This document shows, one piece after another, positions 18,772 to 26,546 of a stretch of 61,582 nt of DNA (position 1 is its first letter; each line of letters begins with the position of its first letter). The stretch covers positions 1 to 61,582 of the IMG/VR virus record IMGVR_UViG_3300028393_000068; one strand, given 5' to 3'. The translations under genes were made by a program, and so were the position numbers. The DNA is from a virus (Duplodnaviria > Caudoviricetes). Under the pieces are notes generated by a model that worked only from the letters and a program-made list of their open reading frames with translations, searched no databases and was not told where the DNA came from.

Positions 18772-19635
18772 ATGAGCAATTTATTAGGTGGATTTCTTTC
18801 CGCAACCTTTAATCCACTGTCTGGTACACCTACGACTGTTGAATATCTTGTGGTTGCTGGTGGGGGTGGTGCAAGTGGCGACCGTGGCGGCGGTGGAGGT
18901 GCTGGTGGTTTATTGCAAGCGGCTGGTTTTGCCGTTGCCGCTGGGTCTGCTTTAACGGTTACTGTAGGCGCAGGTGGTGCGGGTGGTTTGCACTCAGCAA
19001 GCGGTGGTGCTGGCTCAAATTCTGTATTTTCTTCTATTACCTCTACGGGTGGTGGTATTGGCGCAAGGAGTGGCGCTCAAGCAACTACTGGTGGTTCTGG
19101 CGGTGGCGGTTGGAGTGGAGCAAATCAAACTGGCGCGGCTGGAACTTCTGGTCAGGGCAATGCTGGTGGCAACGGCCCTGCTAGTGGAGGAAATTATCCT
19201 GCGGGCGGCGGCGGGGGCGCTGGTTCGGTAGGCGATAGTCCAATAGCAAGTGGAACAACTGGCGGTGCTGGTGGCACAGGGATGTGTTCTACCATTACTG
19301 GGCAACGTGTTTTTTATGCTGGCGGCGGTGGCGGTGGAACATTTGGTACTAGCGCACAAAGTAGTCTTGGTGGCGCAGGTGGTGGTGGCGCAGGTGCTGG
19401 TGCTACTGCTGGCAATGGTACAAGCGGAACTTCAAACACAGGTGGCGGGGGAGGTGGCGGTTGGTACAACGATGCAACGCAATACTATGGCGGCTCTGGC
19501 GGCTCTGGCATCGTAGTCATCCGCTACCCCTCATCACAATCAGCACCCACTTCCACAACAGGAAGCCCTCAGATAAACTACGCAGACGGGTATCAGATTT
19601 ATACTTTCACATCTTCTGGCACTATCACTTTTTAA
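18772..19635 (+). CDS. Glycine-rich adhesin-like protein C (1 domain)
   Basis: VEYLVVAGGG...GGSGIVVIRY...SGTITF. Confidence 0.75.
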   Translation: MSNLLGGFLSATFNPLSGTPTTVEYLVVAGGGGASGDRGGGGGAGGLLQAAGFAVAAGSALTVTVGAGGAGGLHSASGGAGSNSVFSSITSTGGGIGARSGAQATTGGSGGGGWSGANQTGAAGTSGQGNAGGNGPASGGNYPAGGGGGAGSVGDSPIASGTTGGAGGTGMCSTITGQRVFYAGGGGGGTFGTSAQSSLGGAGGGGAGAGATAGNGTSGTSNTGGGGGGGWYNDATQYYGGSGGSGIVVIRYPSSQSAPTSTTGSPQINYADGYQIYTFTSSGTITF

Positions 19636-20264
19636 TGCAAGTCTTTGTTTACACCATCACTAACAAGATCAACATGAAACAGTATGTTGGTATTACACGC
19701 AACATGCGTCAGCGTTGGGGTGAGCATAAACTTCCATATAACAATAAGACCTCTATGGGCAAAGCCATACACAAGTATGGTCAGCAGAATTTTGAAATGG
19801 TGCAAATTGCAAGCGCAACAAGCTGGGCCAATGCTCAGTTGGTTGAGAAGGCATTGATTAAACAACTTAACACCAGAGTGCCAAATGGGTACAATTTGAC
19901 AGATGGTGGTGATGGAACGCTTGGGTTTAAACACACGGCAGAAGAATGCCAACGCAGAAGCGAAAGGTGTCCAACTCGCAATCCAGAAACCATGAAGTTG
20001 ATTGCCGACAAACAACGAGGCGTTAAGCGCCCCCATACATCGGGTGAAAATAATCCTTTGTTTGGTAGAACTGGGTCAAAATCACATATGACTAAACACA
20101 TTGTGGTTGCTACAAATATGGCAACTCAAGAGCAAAGAACTTTGATTGGCGCTAAAGCCATTAAAGAGGCGGGATTTAATAGATCGCATGTATACGCATG
20201 TGCTAATAAGCAACGCAAAACCCATCAACAGCACACTTTTGAATTTCAAGGAGAATTAGCATGA
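19635..20264 (+). mobile_element. Free-standing GIY-YIG homing endonuclease with NUMOD3-like motifs
   Basis: VYTITN..N.KQYVGIT...R...H, YNLTDGGDG, GENNPLFG; true start 19635 (TAATG overlap). Confidence 0.85.
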
Positions 20265-20620
20265 GCCATTTTGCCAAGGTCGAGAACGGAATTGTCACAT
20301 CAGTTATTGTGATTGAGCAAGACGTTTTGAATTTAGGTCATTGGGGTGATCCCGCTTCCTATGTCCAAACAAGTTACAACACCTCTGGTGGAGTTCACTT
20401 GCAAGGTGGTACGCCACTGCGTAAGAATTTTGCTGGCATCGGTTACACATACGACTCAGGCCGTGATGCGTTTATTCCTCCCAAACCATTTGCATCTTGG
20501 TTGTTGGATGAAGGCACTTGTCAGTGGAGCGCACCCACAGCTATGCCCGTAGAAGAAGGCAAACGCTTTACATGGGACGAACCCACAACATCTTGGGTTG
20601 AAGTCGTAGTACCCGCCTAA
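20261..20620 (+). CDS. Putative tail fibre assembly/accessory protein
   Basis: MSHFAKV...RKNFAGIGYTYD..RDAFIPPKPF.SW...WDE. Confidence 0.6.
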   Translation: MSHFAKVENGIVTSVIVIEQDVLNLGHWGDPASYVQTSYNTSGGVHLQGGTPLRKNFAGIGYTYDSGRDAFIPPKPFASWLLDEGTCQWSAPTAMPVEEGKRFTWDEPTTSWVEVVVPA

Positions 20621-20631
20621 TAGGAATAATC

Positions 20632-22359
20632 ATGGCTCAATACAGTGGAATGTGGACGCTAAGTCAGGTCAGTCAAGCCGTAAAAGACTTGAACTGGACG
20701 GGTCTACCTCCGTCTGTTGTTGAGTATTTGATTGTTGCTGGTGGGGGTGGCGGTGGTCGTGAAAATTACCAATCTGGATGCGGAGGCGGAGGTGGTGCTG
20801 GTGGATTGCTTGCAGGCTATGCGGGTATTACATCTGGTACTTCTTACTTTGTAACAGTTGGCGCGGGCGGAGCAGGTGTAGCGGCAACTCCAGCAAGTAA
20901 CGGCAACATTGGAAATAATTCCGTTTTTGACGCTACCACTTCTGGTGCATTTACAGGGCGTATTGTTGCCACTGGTGGTGGAGGCGGTGGTGGTGGAACA
21001 AGTATTCCAGCCACAGCGGGTAGTGGTGGTTCTGGTGGTGGTGCGGGCCAAGCAACAAATATGTCTCCCGGCTCTGGAACATCAGGGCAAGGCAATAGAG
21101 GCGGTAATGGAACTTCTACAAGTGCTGGCGGCGGGGGTGGCGGTGCAGGCACACAAGGGTTGGATGGCCCATCATCAGGCTCATTCGGAACAAATGGTGG
21201 TGCAGGCATTTCTTCGGCTATATCTGGAACTGTTACTGCATACGCTGGCGGTGGTGGTGGGGCTGGTGGCAATGGTAGCGGTACTAATGGTATCGGTGGA
21301 GTTGGCGGTGGTGGTAATGGAATGTTGTACAGCAGTACACAAGGAACCGCAGGGACAGCTAACACGGGTGGCGGTGGTGGTGGGAACGCAAACAGTGGCG
21401 CAACAAGTGCGGCTGGCGGTTCAGGCATTGTCATTCTTCGCTACCCCGGCTCAATTCAATATTTCACTGGTGGCACAGTAACTTTAAGCGGCATCAGCCC
21501 TAACGGTTATTTTGTTGTTCACACATTTACTTCGTCTGGCACTTTAGCGCCCACTGCGGCTACAAATTTAGCCCCTACACTGCCTTCTAATACGGCAGTC
21601 TTCTATACATCAGGCGTGTGGACTGCACCCGCAGGCGCTACGCAAGTTCAATATCTTGTGGTAGCTGGTGGTGGTGGCGGAGGAATGACTAATACTGCTG
21701 GCGGTTACTCAGCCGCAGGCGGTGGCGGTGCTGGTGGATTCTTAACGGCTACTGGTCTTTCTGTAACTGCTGGGACTACATACACTGTAGTAGTTGGCGC
21801 TGGTGGTGCTGGTGCAGTAACAGAAGGCACAGGGGTTACAGGTTCAAGTTCTATTTTTAGTTCTATTACTGCTACAGGTGGCGGCGGCGGCGGTAATGCT
21901 GGCGCTACTGCTAACAATGGTTTACCGGGCGGATCGGGGGGTGGTTCTTCTGGCGGTAGTGCGGGACAGACAGGCGGGGCGGCTTCTCCAGCAGGTCAAG
22001 GTAATGCTGGCGGTTCCGTTACTGGAAATATTTTTGGTGGTGGCGGTGGCGGTGGTGCAGGAGCCGCCGGTTCGGGCGGTACTGGACAATACAATGGTTA
22101 CGCTGGCGGTATTGGTTTGACATCTTCTTTAATTGGTACATCAACCTACTATGCTGGCGGTGGTGGTGGCGGAGGTTATTACTTAAATACTGGTGGTGCT
22201 GGTGGTACAGGTGGTGGTGGTACAGGCGCATCAAACGTCCCCGCAATTGCTGGAACTACTAACACAGGCGGTGGTGGTGGTGGCAATAATGGAACCTCAA
22301 GCACAATACAAGTTGGCGCTAACGGCGGCTCTGGCATCGTAATCATCAAGTGGAGCTAA
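20632..22359 (+). CDS. Glycine-rich adhesin-like protein D (2 domains)
   Basis: Two polyglycine domains; ends GGSGIVIIKWS. Confidence 0.75.
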   Translation: MAQYSGMWTLSQVSQAVKDLNWTGLPPSVVEYLIVAGGGGGGRENYQSGCGGGGGAGGLLAGYAGITSGTSYFVTVGAGGAGVAATPASNGNIGNNSVFDATTSGAFTGRIVATGGGGGGGGTSIPATAGSGGSGGGAGQATNMSPGSGTSGQGNRGGNGTSTSAGGGGGGAGTQGLDGPSSGSFGTNGGAGISSAISGTVTAYAGGGGGAGGNGSGTNGIGGVGGGGNGMLYSSTQGTAGTANTGGGGGGNANSGATSAAGGSGIVILRYPGSIQYFTGGTVTLSGISPNGYFVVHTFTSSGTLAPTAATNLAPTLPSNTAVFYTSGVWTAPAGATQVQYLVVAGGGGGGMTNTAGGYSAAGGGGAGGFLTATGLSVTAGTTYTVVVGAGGAGAVTEGTGVTGSSSIFSSITATGGGGGGNAGATANNGLPGGSGGGSSGGSAGQTGGAASPAGQGNAGGSVTGNIFGGGGGGGAGAAGSGGTGQYNGYAGGIGLTSSLIGTSTYYAGGGGGGGYYLNTGGAGGTGGGGTGASNVPAIAGTTNTGGGGGGNNGTSSTIQVGANGGSGIVIIKWS

Positions 22360-22366
22360 CCAATGT

Positions 22367-22657
22367 ATGCGCTGGCTCCTACTTCTACTGCTGGTGGTGG
22401 GGCTGGTTGGAGCCGTAGCCAAGAATGGCTGTCATGTGCGCGAGTTCTATGGAATTGGCTACACAGTCCACGATCCGACCGAACGTCACAAAGAGATGAT
22501 GGCGTGGTTGGATCAGAACGCAGGTCATTGCAAGTCAACGGAATACATAGTCATTTGGAACAATCTGGCAGAGTGGTCAGGCTCGGCAGATTCCACATGG
22601 CTTAGAGCCAAGGTTGTCCATGGATACAAGGATGCACTTGAACGGGAGAAAAAATGA
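22367..22657 (+). CDS. Secreted/membrane-anchored protein in lysis region
   Basis: N-terminal signal-like MRWLLLLLLVVGLVGA; SD GGAG. Confidence 0.6.
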   Translation: MRWLLLLLLVVGLVGAVAKNGCHVREFYGIGYTVHDPTERHKEMMAWLDQNAGHCKSTEYIVIWNNLAEWSGSADSTWLRAKVVHGYKDALEREKK

Positions 22658-22923
22658 CCAAGAAACCGATACCCAAGCCAGCAATGGACACCAAAGACAA
22701 ATTGACGATTTGGGTAACGCTCATGGTCAGCATCACATTGTGCATCTCGGTACTGGCTATGGTGTTTGCTTTCCTGCTCGGATTATGGGCAAAAGAGGTG
22801 GACAATCACGAAATATTCAAAATGATTTCACCCGCTTTTTCTACTCTTATCGGCGGCATGATTGGGTTCCTGAGTGGTATCAAACTCATGCAGAATGAAG
22901 ACAAAAAGGATCACAAATGTTAG
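22654..22923 (+). CDS. Two-TM membrane protein (holin/antiholin candidate)
   Basis: Two hydrophobic helices; ATGA overlap. Confidence 0.6.
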   Translation: MTKKPIPKPAMDTKDKLTIWVTLMVSITLCISVLAMVFAFLLGLWAKEVDNHEIFKMISPAFSTLIGGMIGFLSGIKLMQNEDKKDHKC

Positions 22924-23411
22924 ACATATTCACAGGCGGTATCTTTGGCTCCTTGCTTGGCGGGGTGTTTAGGCTTGCCCCAGAAGTCCTAAAGTTCATG
23001 GACAAAGGCAACGAGCGCAAGCATGAGCTTGATATGTTCAAGTTCCAATGCGATTTAGAAGCCCAGCGCGGTGCTCAAAAGTTGTCTGAGATTGGCGCAC
23101 AAAGAGAAGCGGCTGTTGACGTAGGTGTAATGGATGCATTTAACGCCGCCATCGTATCTCAAGGTGAGATGGCAAAAGCCGCTGGTGGTTGGGCGGCGGC
23201 TGTATCTGCAAGCGTTCGTCCAGTGGTGACTTACTGGATACTGTTTGTCTGGAGCTTTGTCCACGTATGGTTTGCCTACAACTCATGGTCTGCTGGCGCT
23301 CCCCCCGCAGAAGTGTTTAAGATGATGATGTCTCCTGACTTTTCAGCCTTGTTAGCTGGCACAATAAATTTCTGGTTCCTCGACCGTACTTTAGCTAAGA
23401 GGGGTTTGTAA
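22917..23411 (+). CDS. Holin-like protein (GTA 3TM holin-like)
   Basis: SVRPVVTY and INFWFLDR motifs; upstream of the endolysin. Confidence 0.6.
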   Translation: MLDIFTGGIFGSLLGGVFRLAPEVLKFMDKGNERKHELDMFKFQCDLEAQRGAQKLSEIGAQREAAVDVGVMDAFNAAIVSQGEMAKAAGGWAAAVSASVRPVVTYWILFVWSFVHVWFAYNSWSAGAPPAEVFKMMMSPDFSALLAGTINFWFLDRTLAKRGL

Positions 23412-23609
23412 ATGACTAGAGAAGATATTGTTCGCATGGCAAAAGAAGCGGGCATGGAGTCATTTAATATTTGTGTTGAATTAGATGACTTTGCCGCCCT
23501 TGTTGCTTCTGCCGAACGTGAGGCGTGTGCAAAACTTGCAGATGAGTGGGCAGTAGGTTGGCCTCATCCCGCAAAAACTATTGCTTTAGACATCCGAGCA
23601 AGACCATGA
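23412..23609 (+). CDS. Small protein paralogous to 50092-50343
   Basis: EREACAKL...IRAR motif. Confidence 0.6.
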   Translation: MTREDIVRMAKEAGMESFNICVELDDFAALVASAEREACAKLADEWAVGWPHPAKTIALDIRARP

Positions 23610-24049
23610 ACCTAGAACTGGCCGCTGAACTGTGCCGCCGGTATGAAGGGTATCGGGCCAAGCCCTACCTTTGTCCGGCTGGTGTGGCTACGATTGGCTA
23701 TGGTTCTACCTATTACGCAGACAAACGCAAGGTGACTTTAGAAGATGCGCCGATGGATGAACCAATGGCACGGGCGCTTTTGATGATTGAGTTGGAGCAT
23801 ACGTATCTACCCGGAGTTTTGCGTAACTGCCCAAGCTTAATTACTGACGTTCGTAAATGCAATGCCATAGTTGACTTTTGTTACAACCTTGGTGTAGGAC
23901 GCTTGCAAACAAGCACGTTAAAGAGGAAAATCAATGCCAATGATTGGGAAGGAGCAAAAGAACAACTGATGCTCTGGACTAAGGGTGGCGGTCGGGTACT
24001 GCCGGGCTTATTAAAACGCCGCACGGCTGAGTGCGCACTGCTGGACTAA
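23606..24049 (+). CDS. Endolysin, GH24 lysozyme
   Basis: EGYRAKPYLCPAGVATIGYG, FCYNLG, LPGLLKRRTAE; start 23606. Confidence 0.9.
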   Translation: MNLELAAELCRRYEGYRAKPYLCPAGVATIGYGSTYYADKRKVTLEDAPMDEPMARALLMIELEHTYLPGVLRNCPSLITDVRKCNAIVDFCYNLGVGRLQTSTLKRKINANDWEGAKEQLMLWTKGGGRVLPGLLKRRTAECALLD

Positions 24050-24052
24050 CCG

Positions 24053-26152
24053 ATGCCATTACAAAAAGTTCTGTTCAAGCCAGGGGTGAATCGTGAAAAC
24101 ACACGCTATACCAATGAAGGCGGCTGGTTTCAGTCTGATAAGGTACGTTTTCGCCAAGGCACACCTGAGAAGATTGGCGGCTGGGCACGCATTTCAATCT
24201 CTAGCTTCTTAGGTACTTGCCGTTCGCTTTGGAATTGGATCACGCTAGCTAACCTTAACTTGCTTGGTGTTGGCACAAACCTTAAGTTCTACATTGAAAA
24301 CGGCGGCCTGTACAACGACATCACGCCTATCCGCTCGGCTGCAGTACTGAGCAACCCATTCAAGACAACCAATCTACTTACTACAGTTACTGTAACTCAC
24401 ACGGCGCACGGCGCAGTAAATGGCGATTTTGTAAGTTTTAGTAACGTGGCTACGGTCGGGGGTTTAAACCTCAATAACGAGTATCAAATTACTTTAATTG
24501 ATGCCAATTCATACACCATCACCGCAGCAAGCGCAGCCACATCTACTGTAGCAGCAGGAGGCGGAACAACTGTTAGCGCCGTGTATCAAATCAACGTGGG
24601 CTTGCCGTTTGAAGTTCCGCTAACTGGCTGGGGCGCTGGCGCTTGGGGTATTGGAACGTGGGGTTTTGGCGGTACATCTATATCAGCTTTGCGTTTGTGG
24701 AGCCAAAGCAACTACGGTGAAGACTTAATACTTGGCTATCGCGGTAGCCCAATTTACTACTGGTACGCAAACTATGGTTTGACGCCCGCCTTATCTACTA
24801 TAACTATTGCATCCCCTGCGGTTGTAACTACCCCCCTTACTTTGCTAAATGGTACGCCTGTTATTTTTACTAACTCTGGCTACCCATCTGCGTTGCCGAC
24901 TGGCTTGGTTGTGGGAACTACGTACTACGTTAAAAATGTTTCGGGTAATACATTTAATCTAGCTGCTACCCCCACAGGCGCGGCTATTAACACATCTGGT
25001 ACGCAGTCCGGTACACACTACATCATGCCCAACGCGGTTCCTGTATCGTCTTTGTCGGGGGCTACAAGTGTGCCTTTGATGCAGAACTTTATTTACGTGT
25101 CAGATGTAAGCCGGTTTGTGTTTGCATTTGGTACAAACGATATTGGCTCGACCGTTCAAGACCCGATGCTTATTCGTTGGTCGGATCAGGAATCCGTGGT
25201 GGACTGGTATCCATCTGCCACTAACCAAGCAGGCAGTGTGCGCTTATCACACGGTGCAACTATTGTTACGGCTATCCAGACCCGCCAAGAGATTGTGGTT
25301 TGGACTGACTCGACTCTGTATTCACTGCAATACCTTGGCCCCCCTTATGTCTGGGGCGTTCAATTGTTGGGCGATAACATTTCTATTCTTGGACAAAACG
25401 CTGTAGCTCAAGCGTCTGGTGTGGTGTACTGGATGGGCACCGACAAGTTCTATTCCTACGATGGCCGCGTTAACACGCTTAACTGTGACCTGCGCAAGTT
25501 TATTTATCAAGACATTAACTTGGGACAAAATCAACAAGTTTTTGGTAGCACAAACGAGGGCTTCAATGAAGTCTGGTGGTTCTATTGTTCAGCTAACAGT
25601 ACTGCTATTGATAAGTACGTGGTGTACAACTACCTTGAAAAGACTTGGTACTACGGCACAATGAACCGCACGGCATGGCTAGACTCTGGTCTAAGGGATT
25701 ACCCTATTGCTGCAAACCCGCTAAGCGCTACGACAGGAAATATTGTTAACCAAGAATACGGCAACGATGACAATGCAACGGGCACTCCGGTGGGAATCAA
25801 TGCGTATATTTCTTCGTCTGAGTTTGATATTGGTGACGGCAATAATTTTGGTTTCATCTGGCGCATGTTGCCGGACTTGACATTCTCAGGGTCAGACGCT
25901 TCCCCAACACCACAACTTACGATGACTCTGTATCCTATGGTTAACTCAGGTTCTGGAACAGGTACGCCTGTGGCGGCTAACGTTAATCAGTTGACAGGTG
26001 CCCAGTACACAATCACTGAAGGTTTCACGGGGCAGGTGTTTACCCGAGTGCGCGGTCGCCAGATGATTTTAAAAGTAGAGTCCACCCAGCTTGGAACTCA
26101 ATGGCAGCTTGGCGCAACCCGTATTGACATTAGGCCGGATGGCAGACGATGA
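24053..26152 (+). CDS. Tail nozzle/stabilisation protein (P22 gp10-like beta-propeller)
   Basis: 699 aa; IRWSDQE, VYWMG, EVWWFY, WYYG..RTAW motifs. Confidence 0.7.
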   Translation: MPLQKVLFKPGVNRENTRYTNEGGWFQSDKVRFRQGTPEKIGGWARISISSFLGTCRSLWNWITLANLNLLGVGTNLKFYIENGGLYNDITPIRSAAVLSNPFKTTNLLTTVTVTHTAHGAVNGDFVSFSNVATVGGLNLNNEYQITLIDANSYTITAASAATSTVAAGGGTTVSAVYQINVGLPFEVPLTGWGAGAWGIGTWGFGGTSISALRLWSQSNYGEDLILGYRGSPIYYWYANYGLTPALSTITIASPAVVTTPLTLLNGTPVIFTNSGYPSALPTGLVVGTTYYVKNVSGNTFNLAATPTGAAINTSGTQSGTHYIMPNAVPVSSLSGATSVPLMQNFIYVSDVSRFVFAFGTNDIGSTVQDPMLIRWSDQESVVDWYPSATNQAGSVRLSHGATIVTAIQTRQEIVVWTDSTLYSLQYLGPPYVWGVQLLGDNISILGQNAVAQASGVVYWMGTDKFYSYDGRVNTLNCDLRKFIYQDINLGQNQQVFGSTNEGFNEVWWFYCSANSTAIDKYVVYNYLEKTWYYGTMNRTAWLDSGLRDYPIAANPLSATTGNIVNQEYGNDDNATGTPVGINAYISSSEFDIGDGNNFGFIWRMLPDLTFSGSDASPTPQLTMTLYPMVNSGSGTGTPVAANVNQLTGAQYTITEGFTGQVFTRVRGRQMILKVESTQLGTQWQLGATRIDIRPDGRR

Positions 26153-26496
26153 GTTACATCATTACGTCTGAAACAGAGCTTAGCAAGATTGCGGCTCCTA
26201 GTTTGCCTTTGGCAACAACAGAATATGACCGCCAGTATCAGGATCAGCTAAACAACGTCTTGCGTTTGTACTTTAACCGGCTGGATAACTTGCTGGCTCA
26301 GTTGGTTACATCTGGGATTGTTCCAGCTACTACAAATTACACCGTTGCAACGTTACCAAGCGCTGTTACATCTGGTGTTGGCGCAAGGTCTTTTGTTACG
26401 GATGCTTTAGCCCCTACGTTTGGCGCAACAGTTGTTGGTGCGGGTACAGTTAAAGTACCGGTGTACTCTGATGGAGCCGACTGGAAAGTTGGCTAA
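26149..26496 (+). CDS. Small tail protein
   Basis: LRLYFNRLD; YTVATLP...VPVYSDGADW. Confidence 0.6.
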   Translation: MSYIITSETELSKIAAPSLPLATTEYDRQYQDQLNNVLRLYFNRLDNLLAQLVTSGIVPATTNYTVATLPSAVTSGVGARSFVTDALAPTFGATVVGAGTVKVPVYSDGADWKVG

Positions 26497-26518
26497 AACA
26501 AGTTAAAAATGATATTAT
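26489..26518 (+). promoter_or_regulatory. Putative extended -10 promoter for ejection-protein genes
   Basis: TTGGCT-N18-TATTAT with TGn. Confidence 0.45.
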
Positions 26519-26546
26519 CAAACAACCCCCATTTTGAGAGGCAAAA

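Noticed and set aside
19461-20264. Group I intron or 267-aa endonuclease as in the ORF track
   Set aside because: The N-terminal extension overlaps gene C in another frame. The flanking genes are intact and directly coupled.
17148-21917. Pro-rich minus-strand ORFs
   Set aside because: Antisense shadows of GGN glycine codons.
16177-22359. Diversity-generating retroelement or shufflon acting on the adhesin genes
   Set aside because: No reverse transcriptase, invertase, adenine-specific template/variable pair or inverted crossover sites were seen.
22367-22657. o-spanin lipoprotein
   Set aside because: The Cys context (AKNGC) does not fit a lipobox, and no nested Rz/Rz1 arrangement is evident.
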